DNA from: Candidatus Latescibacterota bacterium
GTDB taxonomy: Bacteria; Latescibacterota; UBA2968
Direction of reading: 5' to 3'
Assembly (NCBI GenBank): GCA_965198115.1
Contig: OZ240241.1
Span: forward strand, 6,176,001 to 6,240,000
DNA: 64,000 bases
In this document: in pieces, positions 21,299 through 32,331 of the stretch
Numbering within the stretch: the first letter of the stretch is position 1
How the letters are laid out: the number at the start of each line of letters is the position of its first letter
Position numbers and translations under genes: made by a program
The notes under the pieces: model-generated
The model's database searches: none
Told to the model about the DNA's origin: nothing
Seen by the model: the letters and a program-made list of their open reading frames with translations, nothing else

Positions 21299-22345
21299 TC
21301 AGCCGAGTGCGTCCTCGATCAATGACTTCATCACGCGGCTTCGTGCACAGTCCAACACGGACTTGCCCCGCTTATTGACCGCGTTGACGTTGGCGCCCCA
21401 CTCGATTAGCGTACGCGCCACATCCATCCGATCCTTCATCGTCACCGCCCGACGAAGAGGCGTGTCCCCCGCGACGTCCGCCGCGTTGACATCCGCTCCC
21501 TGGTCGAGCAGAAATTCGACGTATCGAACGCGTCCGGCCCGGACCGCACGATGAAGCGGCGTCAGTTTCCTCCAGTTTTGGGTCCGAACGTCTGCGCCGT
21601 GCTCGACCAGCAGTTCGGCAACCGCGATTTGATCGTCCTGACTGAACAGATCGTCGAAGTCGGTGTTCCGTTTATCACCCCACCAGAGGACACCGTCCTG
21701 AGGATGGATTGCCAGCAGATGGAGAGGGGTTTCCCTGTGCGCATCCCGAGCCGTCGCGTCGCCCCCACTGTCCAGCAGGAGTTCCACCACATCGGGACGC
21801 CACTGTTCCCCCGCCAGATGGACGGCTGTCGTACCATACTCATCAGCCACCCGGACCAAAGATGGATCGTCCAACAGAGACCGGTTCACATCCTCGACCG
21901 ACGAGCTGACAACCTGGACGAGAAAATGCCGTTTCCCACTAGCCGTTTCCAATATCTCGCAGACATTCGGACGCCCTGTCCGCGCCGCTTGGAGAAGGGG
22001 CGTTTTCCAGGTCTGACACCCCTCGACTTCTGCACCGCGGTCCAGCAGAAGCTGAACGATATCCGGCCGGCCGAAATCGCATGCCCAATGGAGCGGCCGC
22101 TCGAGGTCCGTGTGGGCACTGGTTTTTCCATAACTCGGGCTCGCGTTCGGATCCGCGCCGTGGTCGAGCAGCAGCGTCGCCATCTCGAAGAACCCCTTGC
22201 GAGCAGCGTAGATCAACGGTTCCCATCCATTATGACCACGCAACAGGTCAGGCGATCGAGCAAGCTCCTTCCGTGCGGTTTCCAGATCGTTATTGTTCGC
22301 CGCCTTGGCGAGACCCCGAATCGGTGAATTGCGTCGGCTCGGCAT
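21299..22345 (-). CDS. ankyrin repeat protein
   Basis: Multiple TPLH.A...G....V..LL..GADVN units. Confidence 0.92.
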   Translation of the reverse strand: MPSRRNSPIRGLAKAANNNDLETARKELARSPDLLRGHNGWEPLIYAARKGFFEMATLLLDHGADPNASPSYGKTSAHTDLERPLHWACDFGRPDIVQLLLDRGAEVEGCQTWKTPLLQAARTGRPNVCEILETASGKRHFLVQVVSSSVEDVNRSLLDDPSLVRVADEYGTTAVHLAGEQWRPDVVELLLDSGGDATARDAHRETPLHLLAIHPQDGVLWWGDKRNTDFDDLFSQDDQIAVAELLVEHGADVRTQNWRKLTPLHRAVRAGRVRYVEFLLDQGADVNAADVAGDTPLRRAVTMKDRMDVARTLIEWGANVNAVNKRGKSVLDCARSRVMKSLIEDALG

Positions 22346-22353
22346 TCAATGCC

Positions 22354-22901
22354 TCAACTCGCATCGAGTGATGCGAGGTAGTCCGCTACCTTCGTCTTTT
22401 TCTTCTCACGGGCGTAGTTGAGCGGCGTCTTGCCGGCTCTATCCTTCACATTCACTTTCGTACCCGCTTCCACGAGCATCTTCGCAACCCTGGCTGATGC
22501 GTTCCGCTCCGCTGCCCGATGCAGCGGTGTCCGGCCGTCATTCAGCTTCGCGTTCACATCAGCGCCGTGCGCAACTAACCATTCGACCGCCTTTGGATGC
22601 GGGAAGTTGGCCATCGCGTGCAACACGGTCATCCCGTCCTGTCCACGCAGGTTCACGTCGGCGCCGTGTTCGTAGAGCAGGTCAGCGATTTCCGGGCATT
22701 CTTTACAGGCCGTTCCAACCGCGGAAAGACTGAACCCACCGAGCCAGTTTCCGATGCGATTCACGTCTTCACGAAATCCGGGCGACCATACTGCGAGGCC
22801 TGCATCAGCGCCCGATTCAGTAGTCTCTGCGAGGGTGACTTCCCCAGCGCTTCCGCGAACGCCTTCGCGTCTCCTTTCTTAGCCGCGTTCCTGACGAGCA
22901 T
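22354..22901 (-). pseudogene. ankyrin repeat protein with a deletion/frameshift near 22765
   Basis: N-terminal repeats (RALMQASQYGRPDFVKT*) are out of frame with ORF 22354..22764. Confidence 0.7.
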
Positions 22902-22955
22902 CCCTGCGTTTACCACCCTTGTCCTTTCCAAGGTCACCACGTGCTGTTCAAGGTC

Positions 22956-24017
22956 TCAGTTCAGCAATTCGCCACAATCCCAATCACCGAATGCCTCCAT
23001 TGCACGTCTCATCGAAAACACACGCTTCCAGATGATGGGACAGAACGTCGTAGAAACGATCGACAGTCTGAAATCGTACTCGAAATCTGGCCGACTGTAG
23101 TCGGTCACACCACTTTCCACCAGTCTCTCGAAATAGAGATCCAGCAGCGGACCCTCGAGTTCGCGACGTCCTGCCGTACCGTGGACCAACATATACGCCA
23201 GGTCGTATGCACCGAGCCCTCGCTTGTAGGTCTCCCAATCGAAAAGGATGATCGGGTCTCGACTGGCATCTTTCGGATAGTAGAAGTTCCCAAGATGCGA
23301 ATCACCGTGGAGCAAGGTGATGTGTTTCCCACCCTCGACACGGCTGAGAAAAACATCCGCGTAGCGATCGATCACTGCCTCCATCGTCGTGATCCAATCG
23401 GGTTCCATCTCATCTCCGGCCTTGTCCACAAGCTGCTGGAGATGGGAGGCACACTCAACGCAGTTTTTCGCACGTTTTCTGGCTTTCCGGCCTGAGCCAT
23501 CCTCAGCGGTCCACCTAACCGTTCAAGAAACGGCCACGCGTCCAGTCTTGGATCGTTCCACCATCGCACGTGGTATTTGAGCAGCTCTTCCACGACTTCC
23601 CGGTGCGGGCGATCCTTCCAGTTCTCCGGAGCGTCCTGGTGAGTGATCGAAAGGTCGGGCATCAGGAAGTGACAATCCTTCTCGTCGTGATCAATCGCAC
23701 AATCATAGACGGGGCAGACGTGAACGCCCGGCGTATCCGGAGCCAGTTCAGAGTAGAACGTCCACTCGACGACCCCCCCCACCGAACCACCCCTCACGAT
23801 AGAGCTTGAGGACGATGTTTCCTGGAACATCGCCCTCATAGTCGTCACTGAACGTCACTTTCAGCCGATGCCAGAACGCCGCTGACGAATCGAACATATC
23901 CGTCTCCTCGACACGCTCGACTTGTCCCCGATGCAGAAAGCCGTTCCGCGACAGCCGTTCCGTCAGCAACTCCGGTGTGATCTCCCCGGCGGATCGAATC
24001 GGCTCAGACAGTGTCAT
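22956..24017 (-). pseudogene. APH/choline kinase-like (EcKL) phosphotransferase split over three frames
   Basis: ORFs 23748..24017, 23372..23848 and 22956..23429 join; TLLHGDSHLGN and LFDWET motifs. Confidence 0.8.
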
Positions 24018-24098
24018 AGGGTCTATGCTTGCACCACTATCTGGGAGAAACGATTACTCTCCCAATCCGTATGATCGGTGTGTTCGCTGGTTCCATCT

Positions 24099-24446
24099 TT
24101 ACCGATTCGAAATCTGAAACGTGTTCCCCTCCGGGTCCTCCCCGTCCGAGAATTTCAGCTCGCCGAACGTTTGAACCCCGCGCATTTTCACACCCTTGAG
24201 AACCAGTTGTTCGTGAACGCTCGCCACATCGCTCGAATAGAAACACACCTTGTTGTAGGATGCCGGTTTGCCCTCTGGATCAAAGGCCTTGTGCAAAGCG
24301 ATGGTCACGGGGCCCGCTTCGAACTCCTGCCACTCGTCCGCATTGTCGGGGTCCCGAGCTGCCAGACCGAGCACCTCACCGTAGAACGCCTTCATCTTGG
24401 GCATATCGTTCACGAAGTAGATGATTCGTTTCATCTCGAATGACAT
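24099..24446 (-). CDS. VOC/glyoxalase family protein
   Basis: V.DM....AFY..VLG and DPEGN motifs. Confidence 0.88.
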   Translation of the reverse strand: MSFEMKRIIYFVNDMPKMKAFYGEVLGLAARDPDNADEWQEFEAGPVTIALHKAFDPEGKPASYNKVCFYSSDVASVHEQLVLKGVKMRGVQTFGELKFSDGEDPEGNTFQISNR

Positions 24447-24465
24447 AGGGCCTCCGTCTGAGAAC

Positions 24466-24826
24466 TCATTCGCTCACGCCGAATCCTTCGATTCGATCTA
24501 CCGGGAACCGGTCCTCATTTCTCCCCAGTTTAGCGATGATCGCCGTGCTGACGTCCAGATTCGTATGCCTTGCGAAACTCAGGCAGTAGATCATTCACGT
24601 CTGCGATCTCCTCCTCCACTTTCGCCTTCACGTCGGGATCCTCCATCGAGGCTCTGGCTTCCTCGACGGTCGTCCACTGGAAGTGTTCCATAATCTCCGC
24701 AGCCTCGATCGCGATGCTCATCGCCAGGTTCTTCGGCGTATGGTAGCGCGACCAGTCCCGCGCATCGATAAACGCTCCCACCGCCTCCTTCAGCTCGGCG
24801 ACAGTAGCTGAATCGTCCCTCTTCAT
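24466..24826 (-). CDS. MazG-like nucleotide pyrophosphohydrolase, frameshift near 24595
   Basis: RDWSRYHTPKNLAMSIAIEAAE...EEIADV; C-terminus MIYCLSFA...NEDRFP in another frame. Confidence 0.85.
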
Positions 24827-24906
24827 TGCGCCTCTCTATCTTATGTAGAACACCCGAATCCCAGGCGTGCTTATACCCCGACTGGATCTTTCTTCGTGTC
24901 TTGGTG

Positions 24907-25278
24907 TCATCGTGGTTCGGCCTTTCTGTCCATCGCATAGCCGGTTGCGGTCAGCACAAAGCCTAACCCCACAATGAATAGGAGGACCATCATCAGAGGG
25001 TCCTCGTGTCGAACGTAGAACCAGATCAATGCCGTAAGGATCATCAAGCGGACGAGCAGAGTCGTCGCGTAGAGTTGCGTCAGATGGTGACGAATCATCT
25101 GGGTCACCAGAATCCCAATCGCCACGAGCAACAAACCGACGAACCGAACCATCACCTCATCGTATTCACCCGTCGCCCCGAATAACTGGAGCATCGCCAT
25201 CGGCATCGCGAAGAACCCCAGCCCGCCGAACAACGTGTACCCCGCCAGGTAGTGGAGGCTCAATCGCGTTTTTCGCAT
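24907..25278 (-). CDS. small 4-TM membrane protein
   Basis: 123 aa with four hydrophobic segments. Confidence 0.7.
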   Translation of the reverse strand: MRKTRLSLHYLAGYTLFGGLGFFAMPMAMLQLFGATGEYDEVMVRFVGLLLVAIGILVTQMIRHHLTQLYATTLLVRLMILTALIWFYVRHEDPLMMVLLFIVGLGFVLTATGYAMDRKAEPR

Positions 25279-25493
25279 TCGGTTCCCCCGTAAAGCCGCT
25301 CATCGTGAATCCGAGTTCGCGGCCGGGAGGCCGCTCCCACCAGAAATCGGGAAGCCGTCTTCTGTGTCAACCGGCTACCTTCTGTTCCCACCGGAGGAGA
25401 AGTCGCACCAAGATATTGACACGCCTGCTCACCCCGTCGCCCGCTCTCCTGGTCTCCCGCTCTGCCTCTCCCCTGCTCCCTGCCCCTCAGCTG

Positions 25494-28238
25494 TCAATGA
25501 GCATCCAGCCAGTTATCCCCGACGCCCAGCTCCACCACGATCTTCACCTTCATCGGAATCGCGGTCATCATTCCTTCCTCGACCAGAGGTGGCAATACAT
25601 CCGCCTCATCCTTATGCATATCGAAAACCAGTTCATCGTGAACCTGCAATAGCATCTTCGACCGCAGCCCCTCGTTTCGCATCGCCTTGTGAATTTTCGA
25701 CATCGCGATCTTGATCATATCCGCCGCCGATCCCTGGATCGGTGAGTTGATCGCGTTCCGTTCGGCCGCATTGCGCTGCGTCGCGTTTCGGGAGGTAATG
25801 TCCCTCAGAAATCGTCGACGTCCCGTGATCGTCTCCACGTATCCGTGTTCGCGCGCAAACTCCACGGTCGACTCCATATACTTTCGGATCCCCGGATACT
25901 GATCGAGATAGCCGTCGATCAAATCCTTCGCATCTCCCCGCGGAATGTCCAAGCGATCGGCCAACCCGAAAGCTGAAATGCCGTAGATGATCCCGAAGTT
26001 GACCATCTTCGCGCGACGACGCATCTCCGGTGTGACTCCGCCCTTATCCACGTGAAAGACCCGCATCGACGTCGTCTCGTGAATGTCTGCGCCTTCTTCG
26101 AACGCGGCCTTCATCGCGGTATCGTCGCTGATCTCCGACACGATCCGCAATTCGATCTGGGAATAGTCCGCAGCCAGCAGGACGTGATTTTCGTCTCGTG
26201 GAACGAAAGCCCGTCGGATTTCGCGTCCCTGGTCGCTCCTCACGGGGATGTTCTGCAGATTCGGATTGCTCGACTGCATCCGACCCGTAGCCGTCACTGC
26301 CTGCTCGTAGTTCGTGTGAATACGCCCCGTCTTCTCGAACACGGCCCCGGGCAACATATCCACATACGTCGACTTCAGTTTCGTGCTCTCGCGATAGTGG
26401 AGCACCTGTGCCGCGATCTCGTGACGGTTCGCAAGACGCGTCAGTACACGCTCGTTCGTCTGATACTGTTTGCTCTTGGCCGTCCGCCGAGCGTTCGCAT
26501 CCAGCATCAACTTTTCGAAAAACATCTCACCCAGCTGTTTGGGCGAATTCAGGTTGAATTCCTCTCCCGCCAATTCGAAGATCCGATCCCGTGTCCGGTC
26601 TATCTCGTTCTGCAATCCGTCAGCCAGTTCCTTCAGCACCGGCTTGTCCAAACGAATCCCCTCATACTGCATATCCACGAGGACCGGCAGCAGCGGCGCC
26701 TCGACCTCCTCGAACACAGCCTCCTGCTTCTCTTCGGCGATGCGTGGTTTAAGTTTCTCCCACAGCTGGAGCGTGATGTCGGCATCCTCCGTAGCGTACT
26801 CGGCCACATCCTCGACCCGAACCTCGCGCATACTCTTCTGCTCTTTGCCCTTCTCACCGATCAGGTCGGCGATCGATCGCGGCTTGTAGCCCAGAATCGC
26901 CTGCGCCAGAAAATCCATATTGATCCGCATATCGGGTTCGGTCAGATGCGCGGCCAGCATCGTATCGTAGATCGGACCTTCAACACGAATCCCGTGCCAC
27001 CGCAGGACCAGCAGATCGTACTTCAGATTGTGACCGATCGTCCCGATTTCGGCGGCCTCGAGGACCGGCCTGAATTCTTCCAGAATCGCAAGTGCTTCGT
27101 CGCGCTCCTCAGGAATCGGCACATACGTCCCCGTGTGTGGCTCCACACAAAAGGCGATCCCCACGATGTCCGAGCTCTTCGCACTCAGAGCCGACGTCTC
27201 GATGTCCATACAAAACGCCTTCTGCTTCTTCAGCGAGGCAACGAGTTTCTTCCGTTTTTCCTCCGTGTCCGCAATGTCGTAGACGTGCTCGACATCCACG
27301 ATCGTCTTGACTTCGACATCATCCCCTAGCGCCAGTGTTTGTTGCGGCGCAACTTCGAACGCATCCCCGAAGACCCGCTTTCCGAGGACTTGAAACTCCA
27401 ATTCTTCGAAAACTTCCTTCAACGCCTCGACGTTCTTCTCTCGGATCTCATAGTTGCCGAAATCGATATCCATCTCCACGTCCGTGTCGATGGTCACCAG
27501 CTTCTTCGACAGCTCGGCCAGTTCGCGGTTTTCTTCGAACCGCTCCTTCTGTTTCCCCTTCAGCTTGTCGACATTCGCCAACAGGTTTTCCACGCTGTCG
27601 AAATCCGCAATCAGTTTCTGCGCCGTCTTTTCGCCCACGCCAGGCACACCGGGCACGTTGTCGCTCGTGTCACCCATCAGCGCCAGAATGTCGATCACCT
27701 GATCCACACGCTCGATCTGCCATTTGTCGAGCACCTCCCGAACCCCGTGAATCTCCGGATCGCCTCCCGATCGTCCAGGCCGATACAGCAGTGTCTTTTC
27801 CGTCACCAGCTGGGCGAAGTCTTTGTCCGGCGTCACCATATAGGTTGTGAAGCCTTCGGGCTCGGCTTGCCGTGCGACGGTTCCGATCACATCGTCTGCT
27901 TCCACCTCCCGAACCCGCAAAACGGGCAGGTTGAAACCCTCCACGATCTTGAACACGTAGGGCAGACCGTCGCGAATGTCTTCCGGCATCGATTCCCGTT
28001 GCGCTTTGTAGTCCGGATAGAGATCGAGCCGTGTCTGGGGGGGACCCGTGTCGAACGCCACAGCCATATGCGTCGGCTTCTGCTTCGTCCAGAGATCCAG
28101 CAGTGTCGTCGTGAAGATGAACGGCATCGACGTGTTCCTCCCCGCCGACGTCGTCCTCGGGTTCCGGATCATCGCAAAATGGGCGCGGTAGGCCAGCGCC
28201 ATACCGTCCAGGAGAAACAGCTTCTTCTCGTTTGGCAT
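25494..28238 (-). CDS. polA: DNA polymerase I
   Basis: 5'-3' exonuclease (LLDG..LAYRA), 3'-5' exonuclease motifs (DIET, HNLKYD, YATED), polymerase motifs ADYSQIELR, AK.VNFGIIYG, QVHDEL. Confidence 0.98.
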   Translation of the reverse strand: MPNEKKLFLLDGMALAYRAHFAMIRNPRTTSAGRNTSMPFIFTTTLLDLWTKQKPTHMAVAFDTGPPQTRLDLYPDYKAQRESMPEDIRDGLPYVFKIVEGFNLPVLRVREVEADDVIGTVARQAEPEGFTTYMVTPDKDFAQLVTEKTLLYRPGRSGGDPEIHGVREVLDKWQIERVDQVIDILALMGDTSDNVPGVPGVGEKTAQKLIADFDSVENLLANVDKLKGKQKERFEENRELAELSKKLVTIDTDVEMDIDFGNYEIREKNVEALKEVFEELEFQVLGKRVFGDAFEVAPQQTLALGDDVEVKTIVDVEHVYDIADTEEKRKKLVASLKKQKAFCMDIETSALSAKSSDIVGIAFCVEPHTGTYVPIPEERDEALAILEEFRPVLEAAEIGTIGHNLKYDLLVLRWHGIRVEGPIYDTMLAAHLTEPDMRINMDFLAQAILGYKPRSIADLIGEKGKEQKSMREVRVEDVAEYATEDADITLQLWEKLKPRIAEEKQEAVFEEVEAPLLPVLVDMQYEGIRLDKPVLKELADGLQNEIDRTRDRIFELAGEEFNLNSPKQLGEMFFEKLMLDANARRTAKSKQYQTNERVLTRLANRHEIAAQVLHYRESTKLKSTYVDMLPGAVFEKTGRIHTNYEQAVTATGRMQSSNPNLQNIPVRSDQGREIRRAFVPRDENHVLLAADYSQIELRIVSEISDDTAMKAAFEEGADIHETTSMRVFHVDKGGVTPEMRRRAKMVNFGIIYGISAFGLADRLDIPRGDAKDLIDGYLDQYPGIRKYMESTVEFAREHGYVETITGRRRFLRDITSRNATQRNAAERNAINSPIQGSAADMIKIAMSKIHKAMRNEGLRSKMLLQVHDELVFDMHKDEADVLPPLVEEGMMTAIPMKVKIVVELGVGDNWLDAH

Positions 28239-28397
28239 TTTTGGGGTCCCGGTTTTCAGCAGCGAACGAAAAACACCGTTAGTTCGAGCGGAGTCGAGAA
28301 CTCGGTTGTAGGAAAGTCCGGGAAGGTGGGGGGAATCGGCAGTATACAAAACATCTTGTGGCTTTTCAATTGGCAAGCCCAACCGTACTTTGCATAA

Positions 28398-28981
28398 ATG
28401 TCGCTCAAAGACTTTCGAAATCCTGTAGAACTACGGAAAAATCAGTACGCGACCTCCGTCAATCTCAACGCCCGCGCCAACCTGCACGAAAACCATTCCA
28501 CCAACCGTGTACCCTGGTTCAGATGGTACTTTGATCAGATCCGTGTGCCCTCGGGCATCTCGATGTTCGAAATCGGGTGCGGGCCGGGTCATTTCTGGCG
28601 CCAGAACGACGATCGCATTCCGGCTTCCATATACCACCTCTCGGATCATTCCATAGGAATGGTCAAGGAGACTCGAGCGTATTAGCATCGCTGCCCGGGT
28701 TTCGTTTTCTCAGTGCTCGACGCCCGCATCCTTCCGTTTCCCGACGCCTCTTTTGACCTCGTGATGGCGAACCATATACTTTACCACGTGCCCGAACGGC
28801 AGCGCGCACTCGCCGAAATCGCTCGAGTGTTGACATCTCGAGGACAGTTTTACGCGGCGACTAACGGCGACGCTCATATGAAAGAGCTGGGTGAAGTTCT
28901 ACGAACCATCAAGCCAGACGTCTATGAGGGAGCTAGTTCGGATCCATTCAGCCTTGAGACAGGCGAGGAACAGCTCTCTAG
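28398..28981 (+). pseudogene. class I SAM-dependent methyltransferase, 5' part (frameshifted, interrupted by IS1380)
   Basis: EIGCGPG motif I and LPFPDASFDLVMANH; continues at 33390. Confidence 0.85.
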
Positions 28982-29174
28982 CCTGAATCATGCATGAATT
29001 TGAGTTTAGGTTGTTTTGGAGTGATGTGATCACGCACAGGATTTGTTCTCGGCTTCTTCGGATGTCCAAGGTCCCGTAAGCGGTCTCTACGAGTCGCAAG
29101 AGTCACGATTTTCGTCCGGAACAGGTGTTGTTTTGCGACGTGTACATAGCTGTCCCCGGTATAGATCGGCGTTG

Positions 29175-30512
29175 TTACTGCGTGTTCGTTTCGAGCCTGG
29201 TGATGATTGACACCAAGACGTTTTTGAGTGGATACGATGTTGGAAAATGGAATCGGATTCTTCGTGCGCTTTCAATGACTCTCGCGCCGATTTTGAGGAA
29301 ACGGTTCTGTATCGTGTTGACCTGAGGTTTGGTCCACGCGGTGCCCTTGAGTCCCTGTGATCGGAGTGCGTGAAGCAAGGTGTATGCAGCACTGTGTAGA
29401 AAGAGTCGGAACTGGTTGGCTTCAAACTTGTGGCACGATGTTCGATCGGAGTGAAGGAATGTTTTGTGGTCCTTGATGAAGCCTTCCGTGCGTCCCCTTG
29501 CGCAGTAGATACGATCATAGATAAAGCCGTCTCGATTACTCTGTAAATTGGTCACGCGGTATCTTGGATTTGCTTCGCCGTTTGTGACTTCAGCCTTGTG
29601 AATGATCCGGCGAGGCTGCCGGTAGGTGCCAGCCTGATATGAGAAGGATGAGAACAAGCGAATCGTCTCCTTATGCTCGCTCAGACGTAGCGCTTGGTCC
29701 ATCAGGTTTTGTCCAGCCGCTTTGAGCTTGGAGTTGGCGCCCTGGCCCAGAACGTAGTAGATACCGTTGTCTTCGCAGAAATCGTGCATCTCTGGTGAGC
29801 TGAACTTTGAGTCTGCGCGAACGATGATCTCCACGTTTGGCCAAGATCCGCGTAGGTGTTCCACCAAGCGCTTGAGAATAGAAACGACCTGTTTACCGTT
29901 CGTCGGATGCCCGGGTCTCAAGATCGTCGTAATGAGCTTGCCGCTTTGGCCTTCATAGATATGTAGCGGCATATAGCAGTGTTCATTGTAATACGCGTTG
30001 AAGAGTGAAAATTGTTGCGCACCGTGCGTTGGGTCATCCGTGTCGTCGATATCGAGAATGATGCTTGGGGGTGCCTGGTCATACGATGCGATGAACCCGT
30101 CTACAAAAGCCCGTGCGAGCCGATACAAATCCGAGCGTCGCACATCATTCTCAAGTCGTGTCATCGTTGATTGGCTCCCGAGATCAGGACCGGAAAGAGG
30201 AAGCCGATCGCAGGCAGCCTTGACGCCCGGATCGTGGCGCAAATCATCACAATCGACGGCATCTTCATAGCCGCAAGCGATCTGAAAAACACGCTGCTTC
30301 ACAAGATCCAAAAGCGTGTGATCGATATAGCTTGGGTGACGACGATCTCGCAAAGCATCTACCATTCTGGCGATCAATCCCATCTGAGACTCAAGGGCGC
30401 GAAGCAACAGAACTCCACCGTCACTCCTGACGGCGCCACCGGCAAAATCAGCCTCAACTACCTTGCCCGAAATGCTTGCGAATGGTAACCGGATCTGACT
30501 AGGTTCTATCAC
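29175..30512 (-). CDS. IS1380-family transposase
   Basis: SDGG.LLL, GYED..D...LRHDP, LDIDDTDD..HG.Q, VRADS, YCARG..E..IK; GTG start after GGAAGG. Confidence 0.93.
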   Translation of the reverse strand: MIEPSQIRLPFASISGKVVEADFAGGAVRSDGGVLLLRALESQMGLIARMVDALRDRRHPSYIDHTLLDLVKQRVFQIACGYEDAVDCDDLRHDPGVKAACDRLPLSGPDLGSQSTMTRLENDVRRSDLYRLARAFVDGFIASYDQAPPSIILDIDDTDDPTHGAQQFSLFNAYYNEHCYMPLHIYEGQSGKLITTILRPGHPTNGKQVVSILKRLVEHLRGSWPNVEIIVRADSKFSSPEMHDFCEDNGIYYVLGQGANSKLKAAGQNLMDQALRLSEHKETIRLFSSFSYQAGTYRQPRRIIHKAEVTNGEANPRYRVTNLQSNRDGFIYDRIYCARGRTEGFIKDHKTFLHSDRTSCHKFEANQFRLFLHSAAYTLLHALRSQGLKGTAWTKPQVNTIQNRFLKIGARVIESARRIRFHFPTSYPLKNVLVSIITRLETNTQ

Positions 30513-30718
30513 GGTAGTTCCTTCCAAGTGTTGTTTTGATGTGTCAGCCCTAATGTAGGGAAAAACAAACACTTGTACAAGGAGACTACCTTTTTTATGG
30601 GAATTACATACGTGAGTAGACAACCAGGTAGATACCAGAAAGGGGCGGGACAATGAACGGCGGAAAACTGAAACCGGGATGGAGAGAGGGAATCGAGCGG
30701 ATAAAGAGAGAAGATCAG

Positions 30719-31015
30719 TTACCCGGACCCCTCGATAGCATCTATTCTTTGGATGAGCGTCTCGAAGTTGGCCTCCAGCGCAGCAAGGCTTGCCTCCAGC
30801 AACTCCGTGTTGGCCTCCTGCGCAGCAAGGCTTGCCTTCAGCGTCTCGACGCTTGCCTCCAACGCACCAACGCGCTCCGCAAGGCCGCCGGGCTCCCACC
30901 CGTCTAAACGCATTAGGTGGTCTATTTTTCGGACTGTTTCTTCTGTCGTTGTGGAATCGCTGGGGCGGGCAAGTATGAGCCTAAGTCTCTCTATTTCCGG
31001 CTTGAAATCTGCCAT
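30719..31015 (-). CDS. coiled-coil hypothetical protein (IS1595 passenger)
   Basis: GGAGG RBS; heptad repeats LEASVETLKASLAAQEANTELLEASLAALEAN; 42-bp-spaced internal DNA repeat. Confidence 0.65.
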   Translation of the reverse strand: MADFKPEIERLRLILARPSDSTTTEETVRKIDHLMRLDGWEPGGLAERVGALEASVETLKASLAAQEANTELLEASLAALEANFETLIQRIDAIEGSG

Positions 31016-31129
31016 CGTGTTTCCTCCAAAGGGCGGTGGCGTTTGGGGGGGGGGAGCCTGCTGGTTACAGGTTCCCCCTCGTTTTATTCGTTTATCGTCC
31101 TCACATACTTTTCGCGGGGGTTATAAAAA

Positions 31130-31606
31130 TTGGAAGATGAAACGAAATATCCATCTGTGGACATGGCCTATGATTTGGCCGTGCAGTCTTACGATTCTCT
31201 GCACCGACGGTGGGATGCTATAAACGGTCTCTTTCACGCGCTCCTGTCCGTAGCTATAACGCTGGCTTTGGCAATGCCTATATTAGCCAGAGCCCTGAGC
31301 CTATCCCTGGGGACATATTGGGCGCTTGCCGCGCTTGGGGTATTTGTTTTGAACGTCCTGTGTTGTTTGTACGGACGGCACTCGGATTCGCTGGTAGTAA
31401 TAAATCCTAAAACGATTTACGACCGCTACCTTCATCTGTCCCATTGGGAATTTCAAAAGAACGTAACTTATTTCGCCGGAAAAGATTTTACGACGAACGT
31501 GAAAGCCGTCAAACGTAAATGGACGATATCCTTGTATGCTACTGTGCTTCTTTGTCTGGGGGTGAGTTTGGTGTTTCTTTGGATTCTTTATTCTGATCTC
31601 CGCTGA
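31130..31606 (+). CDS. 3-TM membrane protein, PycTM/SLATT-like topology (IS1595 passenger)
   Basis: Amphipathic helix, two TMs, soluble loop, N..V.RK, third TM; lower GC. Confidence 0.65.
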   Translation: MEDETKYPSVDMAYDLAVQSYDSLHRRWDAINGLFHALLSVAITLALAMPILARALSLSLGTYWALAALGVFVLNVLCCLYGRHSDSLVVINPKTIYDRYLHLSHWEFQKNVTYFAGKDFTTNVKAVKRKWTISLYATVLLCLGVSLVFLWILYSDLR

Positions 31607-31709
31607 TGTCTTTGACTGCTTGGCCAATCGCCTCTGTATCCGGTGGCGGAGTCGGAGGCGGTGTGGGTTGTTCATTCGGTTTTTCGTCGTTGTCTTTTTC
31701 GTCAGCCAT
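31539..31709 (-). CDS. 56-aa acidic Pro-rich microprotein overlapping the 3-TM gene antisense
   Basis: MADEKDNDEKPNEQPTPPPTPPPDTEAIGQAVKDISGDQNKESKETPNSPPDKEAQ; AAAGGGG upstream; below the ORF-track cutoff. Confidence 0.5.
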   Translation of the reverse strand: MADEKDNDEKPNEQPTPPPTPPPDTEAIGQAVKDISGDQNKESKETPNSPPDKEAQ

Positions 31710-31742
31710 GTGTGCAGCCCCTTTACCTGATACGTTAGTCAG

Positions 31743-31919
31743 TTATACATCTTTATTTCCTTCTTCCTCGTTCTGATACGTCCACTCTGGCGGCTCTGTA
31801 GTCATCAAGATACGGGCGATGTTCTCTGGGGTGTCTGGTATGGGGTCCGGCATTTTATTCTTAACAGGGCGCCCTGGGCGCTTCTTGGGCGGCTTGGAAT
31901 TGTTCTGTTCTTGATTCAT
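31743..31919 (-). CDS. small IS1595-associated protein
   Basis: KKRPGRP...PDPIPDTPENIARILMTT.P..W.Y; GGGGAGG RBS. Confidence 0.65.
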   Translation of the reverse strand: MNQEQNNSKPPKKRPGRPVKNKMPDPIPDTPENIARILMTTEPPEWTYQNEEEGNKDV

Positions 31920-31995
31920 AGCCTCCCCTTTTTTCGGTAGCACTTTACAGGATACCTTCTGCCTTCAATTTGGAGGAGAATGCGTGGATGCGGAC

Positions 31996-32217
31996 TTACC
32001 CTCGCCGACCTGTCCAAGTTCCACACTTCAGCTGAAATTTACGGGGTTCTATGTTCACGATATTGTATCCTTTGTTGTACCGAGCGGAGTCGATGCGGTT
32101 GCGCACCTTCTTCTCTTCTGTCAAATTTAGAATTTGGGCCAGCTTGTCAATCTTTGCTCCGTCAGGGTGCTTTTTCAATACGCGGATAATATCCGGCTCT
32201 TGGCTTGGCATCTGCAT
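31996..32217 (-). CDS. small winged-HTH-like protein (IS1595 passenger)
   Basis: IIRVLKKHPDGAKIDKLAQILNLTEEKKVRNRIDSARY..GYNI; start uncertain. Confidence 0.55.
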   Translation of the reverse strand: MQMPSQEPDIIRVLKKHPDGAKIDKLAQILNLTEEKKVRNRIDSARYNKGYNIVNIEPRKFQLKCGTWTGRRG

Positions 32218-32331
32218 CTGAATCCCTTGGATGAGGTTGAGGGCCAATTGAAAAAGATACACCCCGGCTTGTTCGAGTAGCTGGAATGCCTGAGACGACT
32301 TTCGTTCGGATTTCCTGTTCCTTGACACATC

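Noticed and set aside
22760-22770. TGA in the ankyrin gene as another selenocysteine codon
   Set aside because: The downstream coding sequence is in a different frame and the position is not a redox Cys; a deletion explains it better
26052-28397. Long + strand ORFs (425 and 352 aa) antisense to polA
   Set aside because: Typical shadow ORFs of a GC-rich gene
29175-30899. 574-aa transposase with a Cys-rich N-terminal repeat (KPCCAGGQ)
   Set aside because: The extension crosses the IS1595 end and is an alternative frame of the coiled-coil gene; the real start is GTG 30512
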